DNA from: Octopus vulgaris
Lineage: Eukaryota
DNA length: 64,000 bases
Assembly: GCA_951406725.2 (NCBI GenBank)
Contig: OX597830.1
Coordinates: 8,618,001-8,682,000, forward strand
Direction of reading: 5' to 3'
In this document: one piece after another, positions 29,876-45,543 of the stretch
Numbering within the stretch: the first letter of the stretch is position 1
How the letters are laid out: every line of letters starts with the position of its first letter
Program-made: the position numbers and the translations under genes
Notes under the pieces: generated by a model
Database searches by the model: none
What the model was told of the DNA's origin: nothing
What the model saw: the letters and a program-made list of their open reading frames with translations, nothing else

Positions 29876-30635
29876 CACGAGGCAGTAATGGATCAACTGT
29901 GTAATAACAGAACTTTTTCAGTGTATTAAGCAGACGTCTCCCTCAACCGGTGGGATGCGCTCTATCTATGCCATATGAGTACAAAATAATTTAGTTGGGA
30001 CGAGGCCCAAAATCCTGTTCTTCTTTCACAGAGACGTGACACGGCACAGTTGAGATTCGAACTTGGATCAAATAAGAAGCTTTTAATATTGTGTTTATTC
30101 TCGTTTGAATAAACACAATTCTATAAAGTGGAAAATTTAAGGGGGTTGCTGTACTTTAGGATCGGTTCAGCACAGGTCGAGTGGACCTACAATATAAGGC
30201 GCTCCACACATGACCATTCTGTCATTTTTAAACATAGTGCACCTAAGACATCCAATTACTTTTCTCATTCTAAAAGACGACAGGATTTGAGGGAGATTTG
30301 GCTGCTATTTCTACCAGGTCGAATGACCACACAGATGTGTTTCATGTTGACTAGTATAATAATGTAATCAATAACACTGACCTGAAACCACAAACTTGGA
30401 GAAGCAATGTGATCGATACATGATCGGTGATTTATTTTAATCTCTCCCAAAATGATTAGATTCGAAGTCAATTTCGGTGGGATTCGAACTCAGAAATAAA
30501 GGTTCATAAATAAATAAATACTACAAAACATGTCGTCCGGCATGTGACCACCTTCTTTAAAGCTTAAGATGCCTACCCATTTTTGAAGAATGGATGTAAT
30601 CGATAAAAATAGCTCCTCAATGTTTGACAGGGGTT

Positions 30636-30689
<54 letters not shown>

Positions 30690-30894
30690 CTTTTCTGCTC
30701 TAGGCACAAGGCCCGAAAGTTTTTGGGAGAGGGCAAGTCAATTAGATCGACCCTAGTACGCAACTGGTACTTAATTAATCGACCCCAAAAGAATGAAAGG
30801 CAAAGTCGACCTCGTCGGCATTTGAACGTAAAGACAGACCAAATACCAATAAGCATTTCGCCTGGGGCGTGCTAACGATTCTGCCAGCTCGCCG

Positions 30895-30957
<63 letters not shown>

Positions 30958-30971
30958 TAATAATAATAATA

Positions 30972-31020
<49 letters not shown>

Positions 31021-31693
31021 ACATTGTCTCTATTAACTCTAAATGCTTGTCTAACTGTCATAAAAGGGAACTGATTTAAAGAACTACCGGTTATTTAAGC
31101 AAGAAATCTTGAAAATGGATTTATCCCTCCGAGGTATATCGTGGTTAATATAGGGACAATAGCATTGAAGTTTGTAAATTTTAGCAAAATATGCTCCCTA
31201 ATTCGATAAAATAAGAATTAGGTATAGGTACAGTTAGATTTGTTGACTGGAATTTCGTTTAATTAAATTCGTATATTTCGTCAGGTGACTTTAAAATATT
31301 AACATCAGTAACAGCAACACTTACGTATGAATGCACACACACAAACATACACATGATACATCTATATATATATATATATATACATACACACACATACATT
31401 TATGCATATTCGTATATATATACATACACACACATACGCAAACACACACACAAACACATACGCACATACACGCACAGATATTCACATATACAATCCGCTC
31501 GAATACACAGGTCCCCGATTTCCAAACAGAGTTTTGTTAATTTTCAAGGTTTCGTCGAGAAAGTAAGAGAGAAAGAGAAAGAGAGAGAAATTGAGAGAGA
31601 GAGAGAAAAAGAGAGAGATTGAGAATGAGCAACACTGAAAGAAGGAGAGAGAGAGAGGAGGGAGAGAGAGAAAGAATGGTGTTGGAATGTGAG

Positions 31694-32007
31694 TTAAGAA
31701 TATGATTCTTCTTTGATCGACAAGCTGGAATGGTTGTAGAGACCCTGGGCCATCAGATGCAATGCGAGTCTGTTCTTCATTCCAGAAGTCTTCTTGATCT
31801 TTGCTCTTTTGTTCTGAAACCAAATTTTGATTTGCGCTTCACTAAGACTGAGGTCACGTGACAGCTTCTTACGCCGTTCCTCGGTGAGGTAGCGACAATT
31901 GTCGAACTCATCTTTCAGACGTTGAAGTTGGTCACTTGTAAAAGACGTCCGAGGTCTCTTCTCGTCTGCTACGCGATCTCGTTTCTTCATCTTCCGAGAA
32001 CGGGGTC
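31694..32007 (-). CDS. en: engrailed homeobox transcription factor, terminal coding exon (EH3, homeodomain, EH5)
   Basis: Translation GPRSRKMKK...[21 protein letters not shown]...[10 protein letters not shown]...[19 protein letters not shown]...[14 protein letters not shown] is diagnostic of Engrailed. A pyrimidine tract and CAG acceptor (32010-32008) split the Gly of G|PRSRK, the conserved engrailed intron position. Stop TAA at 31696-31694. Confidence 0.97.
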
Positions 32008-32121
32008 CTGTGCCAAAATACATAAACAGAGAAACAAATAAATAAAAGAAAATTAGCAACAAAAAGAAGAACAACAAATAACACAGAAAATATGTAAGTA
32101 TATTATTTCATTATACACACT

Positions 32122-32174
<53 letters not shown>

Positions 32175-32394
32175 ACATATAGTATAGTATAATATAGTAT
32201 AATATAGTATATGTATATATATATATAACGCCTTGTCAAAATATCCATGGAGTGGCGGGTCGATGTTGTTTTCAAGAGAGAACTTGAACTCTTGCTGTTC
32301 AAGATTCCAGATGACCCAATATCAAGACAAAAGAGGGCAGCAGTGTCGAACTCCCTCCTTCACCGAAAGCCAATCACTTAGAATTGGCCAATTG

Positions 32395-32536
<142 letters not shown>

Positions 32537-32815
32537 CCGTATTTGACGGCATATTAGACGCACCCTCATTTCAGCAGGTCAAATTCAGGAAAAAAAAGTT
32601 CTAAGTGTATTTAAGCATATATTGTTGAAAGCAGTCTACCTCCGAACTCGCAACGATCATGTGCATTCCGTAGTTTTACTCCTCACCGTCAGATGGCATC
32701 GAGTTAGGGTTCCAATCAGCTGATATTAGTAAACATGTGTCATGGATCGCAGCCTAACAATTTACGGTAGATTGCTTTGATATTTACGATAATTCGTATT
32801 TTAAAGTAATAATAC

Positions 32816-32867
<52 letters not shown>

Positions 32868-33068
32868 AGCAATAAAATAATGATGCATGAGTACGGAAAA
32901 TATCATTAAGGCGTTAGCGTAGGTAGAAATACTTATCGTAAGCTAGGTTAGTGAGCGTCTGGGAGAAGATTAGCCTACGGGAGGGTCTTGACTTCGCATA
33001 TTAGACGCAGAGCGATTTTTTGAGCCAAAGTTTTTTGAAAAAAGTGCGTCCTATATGCCGTCAAATAC

Positions 33069-33070
<2 letters not shown>
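32537..33070. mobile_element. Tc1/mariner/pogo-type MITE in the engrailed intron
   Basis: ~26-bp TIRs CCGTATTTGACGGCATATTAGACGCAC / GTGCGTCCTATATGCCGTCAAATACGG, inserted in (TA)n. Confidence 0.85.
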
Positions 33071-33970
<900 letters not shown>

Positions 33971-34164
33971 TCATACATATATTTATATAATACGTATTAC
34001 AATATCATATACATACATACATATATATATATATACCATCTCAGCTATATCCCAGACCGAACGGTTTCTTCCTATTTTTAGCAAACACAGAATATATTTG
34101 CCAGGCCAGGTTCATCAGTGGGAAGCCTTCGTGTTTTTAATTTTCCTTCCTTTCATGAATTTAT

Positions 34165-34234
<70 letters not shown>

Positions 34235-34752
34235 GTGCGTGTGTGCATGTATATACACATCAAATAGATACAATATATTAATAATCATTCAGGCGTGTAC
34301 TATTATTTGAACCCTCATCAGTGTCGACGATAAGCATTCTGTTGTCCTATCAACTGAATATCTGATTCCTAAAATTAATTGCGAAGTGGTTGTGTATACC
34401 ACAGATATGATTGATTGATTGATTGATTGATTCTAGTTTCAGCTTATGAGCTGTGGCCATGTATATGTATTTTTAATGTAATTTCCAAGACGTAATTATG
34501 CAATAAGGTTGGCCCTTTAGCTTTTTAATTAAATGTGAAATGCCAACGACGGGCTTTTGTGCAATTACCAGGAATGCACTTTTACTCTTAACTCTGGGGT
34601 CGACTCGCAGCAAAGGAAGAAAAAGAAAACAATATAGTTGATTGCGGTGCACTATTCGGGATCGAAACCAGGATTCTATGAATGCAAAGCAGACAGCCTT
34701 ACTATTCACCAATTTATGCATCCACAATATATAATTTAATATATAAAGAAGT

Positions 34753-35218
34753 TAAGCCGGCGAGCTGGCAGAAACGTTAGCACGCCGGGCGAAATGTTCA
34801 GCGCCATTTCGTCTGCCGCTACGTTCTGAGTTCAAATTCCGCCGAGGTCGACTTTGCTTTTCATCTTTTCGGAGTCGATTAAATAAGTACCAGTTACGCA
34901 CTGGGGTCGATATACTCGACTTAATCCCCTTGTCTGTCCTTGTTTGTCCCCTCTATGTTTAGCCCCTTGTGGGCACTAAAGAAATAAATATATAAAGAAG
35001 TTAAGGCGGCGAGCTGGCAGAATGGTTAGCGCACCGGGTATAGTGCTCAGCGGCATTTCATTCGCCTTTACGTTCCGAGTTCAAATTCCATTGAGGTTGA
35101 CTTTGCCATTCATCCTTTCGTGATCGATAAAATAAGTACCAGTTGAATACTGGGGTCGATGTAATCGACTAAGCCCCTCTCCTGAAATTGCTGGCCTTGT
35201 GCAAAAAGTTGAGACAAA
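34753..35218 (+). mobile_element. Two tandem tRNA-derived SINEs, family A; other copies at ~1007-1181, 7190-7560, 27075-27284, 30690-30897(-), 41985-42385(-), 49822-50398
   Basis: Box A-like GAGCTGGCAGAATCGTTAG, box B GAGTTCAAATTCC, conserved central GCCTTTCATCCTTTCGGGGTCGATAAA..AAGTACCAG; first copy flanked by direct repeat AATATATAAAGAAGTT. Confidence 0.85.
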
Positions 35219-35453
35219 TATCTAGATGAATTATTTAGAAGCTTCGATTCCTTCTATCCAAAAGCTTTTTTGAAACCCTGAAACCCAGTGTTTACATGCG
35301 ATTATTTTGTAGCTTTATCTGCTTCGAATTTCATTGTTAAAAACGAATGTAAATGAGAGTTTGTGTTTACGTTTCTGAAAAGAACGGGTAGTTGAGATCG
35401 GATTTGAACTGTCAACTTCCAGTCATTGTGACCGTCGTTCCCTCCTTCTAATC

Positions 35454-35705
35454 CAGTCGATCTCAACCGGAGTTCATATGGCCCTTGGTGGGGATCCATT
35501 ATAAGATTTTGTTGTTAAAAATTATGTTTGATTGTACTTCTAAAACTCACAAAATATTTTAACAATTTTTTTAAAGACAATTTCTTATAATTTTTAATTA
35601 CAAAAATATACGATTTATTTTAAACATTGAATGGCTGGGAGGGTCCACCCGTGTAAAAAAAGGAATCAATGGAGTCCATAGGCAAAAAATGGTCGAGAAC
35701 TAATG
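35454..35705. mobile_element. hAT (Charlie-like) MITE
   Basis: Degenerate TIRs CAGTCGATCTCAACC / GGTCGAGAACTAATG and a perfect 8-bp TSD TTCTAATC on both sides. Confidence 0.85.
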
Positions 35706-36154
35706 TTCTAATCTATCGTTCTCAGTTTATTAACGATCATTAAACGCATTTGCTCTCCGCCATTTTAACTCCAGCTTTTTCATTGTTCTGACTCCAGAAG
35801 CGGCCATTAAGTTCATTTGTCGCTCATTTTGCAGAGATTACATTCCTTGCTTCTCTTTTATTTTTGTTTTCTTGTTTTTAACGCCAATGCTTTTATTTAT
35901 TTATTATGATCCTTCGCCAGCTCCTCCGCATCCCTACGTTCCACATCAACCCCATCACTTTATCCACGGAGGCTGTAAGAGACTGACATCAATGATCAAG
36001 AGAAAAAGACGACTAAGTAACAAAAAAAAAGGACGAAATGGTAATCAGTAGCATCACCATCACCATTATCACCACCATCATCATTATGACCATTACTACC
36101 ATCACCATTATATCACCCCCACTTCACCACCATTTCCAACGTTACCACAATCAA

Positions 36155-36188
<34 letters not shown>

Positions 36189-37375
36189 ACACCATCATAG
36201 CCATCACTATTATTACCATTGTCGTCATAACCATCATCATCATTATCATAAACTCCTCATCATCATCACCAGCAGCAGCAGCAGCACCACCACCACCGCT
36301 ACCACCATTACCACCACCATTATCATCCTCATCCTCATCATCCTCATCGTCGTCGTCGTCATCGTCTTCTTCTTCTTCTTCTTCACAGTCCTCACGACAC
36401 AACCGCCATATTTCCACCATATTATCGCCACTTTTCTGCCTTTTAACAGAAAATTTCACAGCCGTAATAACGCATTATCAACAACAAAAGAGAATAATAA
36501 CAACAACAACCATAATAACAGCCACACATTACCACAAAAGGCCGACACCAATCCTACCGCAGTCGATAATTATCATTCTCATACCACACCACCGCAATAT
36601 CCCCCCACGACCATCACCACCAAAAGTCCAGGCCCTTCTATGAACAACGTCAGATTTAATATCACAATAATTAATAAATACTCAATAACCGATCATCGCG
36701 ACGGCGACGACGGCCACGACCACCATGACCATCACGACGACGACCACGACGACGATCACGACGACGATCACGACGACGATCACGATCACGACGACGATCT
36801 CTATGACAACGACGACCACTACCACGACCACGACCACGACCACCAAAACCACCACCACCACTACGACCACGACGATGGTGGTTCGGCAAAAGAAGCCAAT
36901 AGAATAAGTACTAGGCTTATAAAGAATAAATCCTGGGGGCGATTTCTTCAAATGAAACCCTTTCAGGCGGTGCTCCAGCAAGGGCGGAGTCAAATGACTG
37001 AAACACGAATAAAAGAATAAAATAATGCCATATATTTACAATTTCATTTATTCCTGGGCTCCTCTGTTCGTTTATTCTGTCATTCGGTCATTCATAAAAG
37101 CGGAATGAATCCAGGAAGTCAAGTCAATCGTTTCAGAAGGTGAATGTCATTGAACGATATACTTCCTATCGTCAATCATTAATCGTCATCGGTATAATCC
37201 ATGTCCGCCTCCACCACCACCGCCGCCATATTGATTATTTGATCCGATGGATATAATGGACTTTAAGGAAGAAGACGAAGGATTAGAAGAAACAAAGCGC
37301 GTGCGCACACACACACACACAGATATAATACGTATAAATAAATATGTATTTATTTGCTTATACCTATTACATCCG

Positions 37376-37414
<39 letters not shown>

Positions 37415-37518
37415 ATTGTTATACACACATATTTATCATATCTGTATGTATATACATACATATATACATATATATACAAACACACACACTTACACATAAT
37501 ATACGTACGTATTATATT

Positions 37519-37560
<42 letters not shown>

Positions 37561-37579
37561 AGTATATACACACACACAA

Positions 37580-37613
<34 letters not shown>

Positions 37614-38297
37614 GATATATATACATATAGAGATACATACAGATGTATGTACAGATACACTCACTCACTCACACACACACATGCATACACACACACACGC
37701 AATATAACAGTGGGTCAGCAAAACGGAGAAGAAAATACAATGGAGGAAGAAGACGAAACATCATCAAACAAAAGAGAGAGAAAGAAAGAGAGAGAGAGAA
37801 AGTGTGAAATGTCTCGCCATTAAGTCGATATTGATCGGAGCAAAAATGAATGGTGCTTGAAATGTGGCGGAATAATTAAGCTAAAATGGCGTCGGTGGTG
37901 TTGCTTGAGTGTCTGAGCAGATGTTGGAAGGTGGATATGATAATTTGGCGCGCAATTCAAGAGAGCGGTCGTCGTTTTATTTGTTCTGTGAAGGGCGACA
38001 AAAAGAATTACTTGAGTGCCGTAGTGTAAGAGGTGAAGATATTTCAGTTACGGGCATTAAACCATTATATGAGTGGATAAATCACACACACACACGCGAA
38101 ATCATACACACATACAGAAACGCGCACAAACATACATATACATATATAAATATAAATATATACATACACATATATATATAATTTCATTTGTATTTTCACA
38201 TATATATGCTTATATAGACTCGTATAGATATATATTGAAAAATCAGTCAGTCTCCTCTGTTTCTCTTTCTCCAGCTGTACGTATGCATACACACACA

Positions 38298-38345
<48 letters not shown>

Positions 38346-38819
38346 CAAGTAATGGAACGCAAAACGTACCAAATTTATATATATACATATATATATATAT
38401 ATAAATGCTCACACATATATATACATAGATATATACATACATATATATAGATATATATGTATAGTTTTATTTGTTTCAGTAATTTGACTGAGGCCATGCT
38501 GGAGCACCGCCTTTAGTCGAGCAAATTCTCGTAAACCTAGTACTTATTTTATCGGTCTCTTTTGCCGAACCGCTAAGTAACGGCGATGTAAATAACTAGC
38601 ATCAGTTGTCAAACGATGTTGGGGAGGTGGTGGACAAACACAAACACACACACATATATACGACGGGCTTCTTCCAGGTTCTGTCTACCAAACCCACTCA
38701 CAAGGCTTTGGTTGGCCCGAGGCTATGATAGAAGACGCTTGCCCAAGGTGCCTCGCAGTGGAGGAACCATGTGGTTGGTAAGCAAATTACTTGCCACACA
38801 GGCACTCCGAAATACAACA

Positions 38820-38853
<34 letters not shown>

Positions 38854-39514
38854 CAATAATATATATATATATACTATATATAGCAAATAATTCTCTAAAG
38901 AGATATAGACAGTAAGAGAGGAGAGTAGAGAGAACAGAGACAGAGAGTATATTATTATAATAATATTTTAACCAATCACAAACTGAATACAAATGATTAG
39001 GAATCAATGAATTAGATGGATTACCCCATACAAAACACAAATGAAATAAAACCCTAGGAGAGAATATTAGGGACTCATTAACATGGCATTCACCTCAGAG
39101 ATAAACCCACCAATGCCATAATCTTCCCTGTAACAGGTTATCGTTAAGGTATTCTGAATTGAACACAAAACAAACTAACAGAAAGAACTAACTGTATTTG
39201 AAATATCCAACTCAGAGTCTGATGAGAATTATATTTACCCTGAATACACGCAGGTAGGGGCCTTACTCAACTAGAGACAATTGATCATTAATAATGATTA
39301 TTATTGATGTTCATTTGTAATTAATGTTATTGTCAAATGTTTTTTTTTTTTTTTGCGGTATTGCATTTGTCGATTCCCTGCGATGTTATTATTGTTAAAT
39401 GTAAGGCGTCGAGCTGGCCGAATCGTTAGGATGTCGGGCAAAATGCTTAACAGTAACACCCCCACCACCCTGCCTCTGTCCCTAGCCATATTCAGATGGC
39501 TTTAGTCCCTTATG

Positions 39515-39560
<46 letters not shown>

Positions 39561-39826
39561 GGAGAGAGAGAGAGAGAGAGAGAGATTTTAACCAATCACA
39601 AACTTACAAATGATTAGGAATCGATGTAATCGACTTATCCCCTCCTCCAAAATGGCTGCTATTGTGGCAAAATTTGAAACGCCGTAGCAAAGCAAGTTAT
39701 GGGTCTGTAGATGTTATTGTTAGCGTATTCTGAATTGAACACAAAACAAACTAACAGAAAGAACTAACTGTATTTGAAATATCCAACTCAGAGTCTGATA
39801 CGACACGATATAACACGGTTCGAGTG

Positions 39827-40160
39827 AAGGCGCGTGGCTTAGTGGTTACGATATAACACGGTTCGGATCTTCGACTCACGATCGTAAGGTTGAGTGTTCG
39901 ATTCAAGGCAGCATGTTGTGTCTTTGAACCAGACATTTATTTCACGTTGCTCCAGTCGACCCAGCTGGCAAAAGCGGGATGTACCAGTAATTCAAACGGC
40001 CAGCCTTTTCACATCCTGCGCCACGCTGAATCTCCCCGAGAACTACGTTAATGATACGCGTGTCTGTGGAGTACTCAGCCACTTATATTTTAATTTCACG
40101 AGCAGGCTGTTCCGTTGATCGGATCGACCGGAACCCTTGTTGTTGAAAACCGACGGAATA
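39827..40160 (+). mobile_element. tRNA-derived SINE, family D; other copies at 5150-5440(-), 47088-47405, related fragment 545-715
   Basis: TGGCTTAGTGG and GTTCGATTC boxes; shared body CTGAATCTCCC.GAGAACTACG...TTAATTTCACGAGCAG and tail ACCGACGGAG. Confidence 0.8.
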
Positions 40161-40592
40161 GCAATATGGTTGGTGGATAATTATTTTATTTGGAAATCAA
40201 TAAGTGATCAGAGATTATACCACATGCGATAAAAACATGTGTATATTACATGTGATATCCGGAGCGTGCCATAAATAATCTTTAATACAGTTGATTCATT
40301 TATCACATATGATAAACGTGTTTTGTGTGTGATACATTCTGCGATCGTTTATTATCTGCCAAACTAAACCAGATTAATCTCTAATAACTAAAAGTTATCA
40401 AATATGATGCACTATACATACATACATACACATACATATACACACATATACATACGTACGTACATTCACACGCACATACAAATATACATACATACATATA
40501 TATATACGCACATACACATACATACATAGACACATATACATACATACACATATACACACACACACACATACATACACATACATACATACATA

Positions 40593-41539
40593 GGCTGATA
40601 ACATCATAAGGCTTGGAAAGCAGCACCTTGAGCACCATTCCTTGTCTGATGCCCAGAGAAGTCGCACGATACTACCGCAGCGCATCATCAGATGAAAGGA
40701 TGAACATATATGAACAGAATACTTGTGCATGGATATGTTAGTAGAAAGCTCCGAGATAATGGTTACATTGATCATCAAAGCAGTCTATAGTGGACCAACA
40801 ACCGGATTACTACCTCTCACTTTGAAGAATATGAGTTCGCAATCCAGAAACAGGAAATACTAGCCGAATACCTGATGCACAAAAGGGTCAGAGGTGGAAG
40901 AAAAGAGTAAAATTTGACAACCGAAGCAGATTTTGTGGAGGTAACAGCGAAGACATCACCCACATGATAAGCAGTTGTCCAAAAACTGTCATCACGGTAT
41001 TATCTAATGATGAGACATGATATTGTAGCTAGACACTGTATGACGAGATCCTTTGAAAGGATAACCCCGAGGGCAAAGAAATGATAACCAACAGTATGGT
41101 AGAAGCCATAGCCACTCACAATAAAAAAAAAGGAGTACAGGTGCAATGTCCCAGTGAAAACCTCGATAAAATGTACGCAAAACAGACCTGATATAATGAT
41201 TTGGGATAGAGAAGTGAAACTGTGTACAGTTGTGGAAATTAGCTGCCCAGCGGATGTTAACATAAAGCTGAAGATCACAGAAAAAGAGAACACCTATGCT
41301 GAACTATTGAGAAATCTGCAGTTACTCTATCCAGATTACAAGTTCAGGTTTATACCTGTAATTATTGGGGCCCTGGGATATGTAACACACTGCCTAAATA
41401 CCAATCTTGAGAAAGTAGGTTTCTCAAAACCAGAAAGGAGAAAGTTAATTCGGAGATTACAGATCCAATCCATCACTGAATGGAAAAATCTGTAATTTTT
41501 GTGAGAATACATGCATACATACATACATACATACATACA

Positions 41540-41571
<32 letters not shown>

Positions 41572-41700
41572 AACTGGGAATGAGTATCACATCCGCTGCC
41601 CGGTCGCCAGGGAAATATGTCCTGGTTATCCCATATGATACACAGGACAGGGAAAACGGCAAGGAAGCCAGCAAATACGAAACTGAGGCTGAAATGATAT
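40593..41700 (+). mobile_element. 5'-truncated, decayed R4/Dong-like non-LTR retrotransposon (restriction-like endonuclease C-terminus)
   Basis: Degenerate zinc finger (RFCG...EDITHMISSCP...RHD) then NRPDIMIWD...VVEISCP...EKENTY...IPVIIGALG (PD-(D/E)XK); associated with (CATA)n arrays. Confidence 0.8.
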
Positions 41701-42401
41701 ATAATTGGGAATGGAAAAGTTAACCAACGAAAATAATGAAAAATTGAAAACTAAAATGGAGGCTAGAGGATATTGTGTTCTAGCGATAATAAAAAGAAGC
41801 CGACCGTGACCAACACCTCAAAAACTGACGAGGGTGGAACAAACGAGAGGCAAGACGCTGAACTGCTACTTATTCTATCGATCCGAAAGGATGAAAGAAT
41901 GAAAGTCAGTCTCAGCAGAAATTGAAGACAGAACGTAAAGAGCCGCAAGAAATATCGGTAAGCATCGATAGTAATAGTAATTATTTCTACTACAGGCACA
42001 AGGCCAGAAATTTGTGGGGAGGGGCATAATCGATTACATCGATTTCGATACTCGACTGGTGCTTATTTCATCGAACTCGAAAGAACAAAAGGCAAAGTCA
42101 ACCTCGGCGGAATTTGAACTCAGAACATAAAACGAATGGAATAATAAAAATAATAATTATGATAATAATAATAATAACAATAATAGTTTCAAACTTTTGC
42201 CAGAGGGGCAGCTGGGGATGTGTCGATTACATCGACCCTAGTGTTCAACTGGTACTTATTTTATCGACCCCGAAAGGATGAAAGGTAAAGTCGACCTCAG
42301 CGGAATTTGAACTCAGACAGTAGCGGCGGGCGAAATACCGCTAAGCATTTCGTCCATCACGCTAACGATTCAGCCAGTTCGCCTCGTTGATGATGATGAT
42401 G

Positions 42402-42559
<158 letters not shown>

Positions 42560-42750
42560 AGGAAGAATGATAATGGTAATACTGATGATGATGATGATGA
42601 TGATGATACGTGGAATTAACGTTAATTAGTTAGAAAAATAAGCGAAGCATGCTATTTGCACTTGTTGCTTGTGAGTTCTGAGGCCATTAAAACAGACTTT
42701 ATTAGCAAGATTAGAGAAAAGAAACCACCGTCGAAACTGTATATCTTTTC

Positions 42751-42838
<88 letters not shown>

Positions 42839-43238
42839 CCAAACATACATAAATATGTGTTTATACATATGCCCGCATATATACACGAATACATATACAC
42901 ATATACACGCACAAGATAAATTAATATTTGATTGTTCCGAAGATATTTTTTTTATTTTGCGAAAATGAAATACAAGATGGAGGAAAAAGCAGAAAGAATG
43001 ACGTATGCACGCGCGCGTGTGTGTGAGAGTGCGACGGCGGGGGTGGGTGGGGGGTGGGGGTAGCGTGTAATAAGGAGTCTGGAGAGTGGAGAAGAAACAT
43101 GGAAGGGAGTGAGAGAAAGAGAGAAAAGGTAAGTGTGAGACAGTTCCGATGAAAGGCTCAATCGAGTAGATGCATGGAAGGAATATATCACACGCATACA
43201 ATATGCGTGCGTGCGTAAGCATACATACAAATATATAT

Positions 43239-43310
<72 letters not shown>

Positions 43311-43669
43311 GGTGGCATACAGCTCATAAGCTGAAACTGGAATCAATCAATCAATCAATCAATATATATATATATATATATGCATGTAGTTATCCATTTA
43401 TCAATCGATCCAGCTCTCTCTCTATATATACATAAATGTGCATATACATATACATATATATATATATATATATACATACATGCATACATATATTATATAT
43501 CTATATATACATACATATATATTATACATATGTATATATACTATATATATATATATATGTTATATAGCGTGTGTGCTATGTAAATAATGTGCATGTACAC
43601 ACACACACATATATATACATATATATTTATATACATATATACATATATATATAGTTAATCCAAACAAGA

Positions 43670-43849
43670 AAGCACAAAAAAACACAACAACGCAAGGACG
43701 TGGAACAAATATAGTATTATTGGACGCTGAGGAAAGAAGGAAAGAAGGAAGGTTTAACGTTTCGAGCGGAGCTCTTCGTCGGAAACATAGAAGGAAAGAT
43801 CCAGAGAAGGGAAGACAGAGGAAAAAATCGCCAACGGTACACACGCGGT

Positions 43850-43850
<1 letters not shown>
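43670..43850 (-). mobile_element. Short Penelope-like unit with hammerhead-like motif (43752-43786); family members near 20380-20590 (+), 45830-45960 (-), 46250-46420 (+)
   Basis: GTTT-C(C/T)GACGA-A-GAGC TCC GCTC-GAAACGTH-AAAC and shared flanks. Confidence 0.65.
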
Positions 43851-43905
<55 letters not shown>

Positions 43906-43916
43906 TACATACATAC

Positions 43917-43995
<79 letters not shown>

Positions 43996-45196
43996 CCTGT
44001 ATGTATATCTTGATAGTTCGCTTAGGCATTGCTTTCCCTGTATATTGCAAAAATGTAACTTTTGCCATATCTCAGATATGCCTTTCCGATCCGAAGCATG
44101 ATTCTGAAAGGACCTGATGCGAATTTTCTAGATATTAGCTTTAAATATAATCAATATCACCAATATGATGGCGGTCAATCTCCTGGTAATAACAACGGAT
44201 CTGAAGAGAGATAAGCACTACGCTTATTGGAAGCAAAAAAGGAAATGGTGAACGTCTGTAGAACTTTAAATCGTCTACACAGTTTTTGGTCCAAAGATTG
44301 GGAAGACTCTGCTTTCCTGTCCCACTTCGTTCGAAATCTCCAAGACGAAGAACTGATATTTCTTCTATTACCTAACATGGCGATTGAGCTAGTCCAGGTT
44401 ACAAGGCTTACATAATTGCAGACTCTGTCGGTCTGAGAAACTGCATATAAATTCTCTTCTACACAAGAAAAGGCCTTATAACAGAACTATATTTTCTGTG
44501 CATTTACATCTGTTTTAAAGATCGACAGTGAAAGGTTGTTTAAACTGCTGTTTAACTATTTTAAATTAATCTAAAGTTATTTAGTAGATGTTGAGTGTTT
44601 ATAAATATTCGATAATTATTTAATCACGCACCCGACAAAAATACCGTGACCAAATTAGTTTAGTCATTATAAGTAAATTGTAGTCTGTGTTTTATTGAAA
44701 TAGTAGTGTGCCATAAATTCTCTTCATGGACAGAAGAATGATTGATAATTCTTCTTTCATGATCGGTTAATGAGCAGGAAAGTGTATCAAGACAATCTCT
44801 TTTATTTATTACTTTTTGTACACAAAAAAGAACAAGATATTTATTTACACGTAATAAAGGTTACTCAGCGGAAGGCTTACACTCTTTACTCGACTATTTT
44901 GAAGAGATCTGATATTTTAAATATACGCAGTGTTGTGTGTAAATATCTATTACGTGTGTTTGCGTACGTGCATGTGTGCTTGTGTGTTTGTATATACCTC
45001 TGTGTGCAAAGTAAAAATTGAGTGACACAAGCATGTATACATATATATGTGTGAAATATATATACATAAGTACAAATATATAACTTAAATAGTGCGTGGA
45101 ATTTCAAACTAAGTGTCAACGTATACTTAGAATGATATATTACGCATATCAACCAATTTCACATTACGTCTGTGTGTATAGGAAGCAAAATGTGCG

Positions 45197-45244
<48 letters not shown>

Positions 45245-45317
45245 AGTGAGCTGTATGCATAAATGTGTGTGCATATATATGTGTATACACACACACACAC
45301 ACACATATGTATATGTG

Positions 45318-45475
45318 GGCGCAGGAGTGGCTGTGTGGTAAGAAGCTTGCTTCCCAACATATGGTTCCGGGTTCAGTCCAACTGTGTGGCACCTTGGGGG
45401 CAAGTGTCCACTATAGCTTCGGGTTAACCAAAGCCTTGAGAGTGGATTTGGTAGACGGAAACTGAAAGAAGCCTG

Positions 45476-45543
<68 letters not shown>

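Noticed and set aside
32008-32077. N-terminal extension [23 protein letters not shown] of the homeobox ORF
   Set aside because: It is the intron polypyrimidine tract upstream of the CAG acceptor, not a signal peptide.
37186-37300. Gly/Ser-rich stretch as a possible engrailed upstream exon
   Set aside because: No EH1/EH2 motif and it ends in a stop rather than a donor site.
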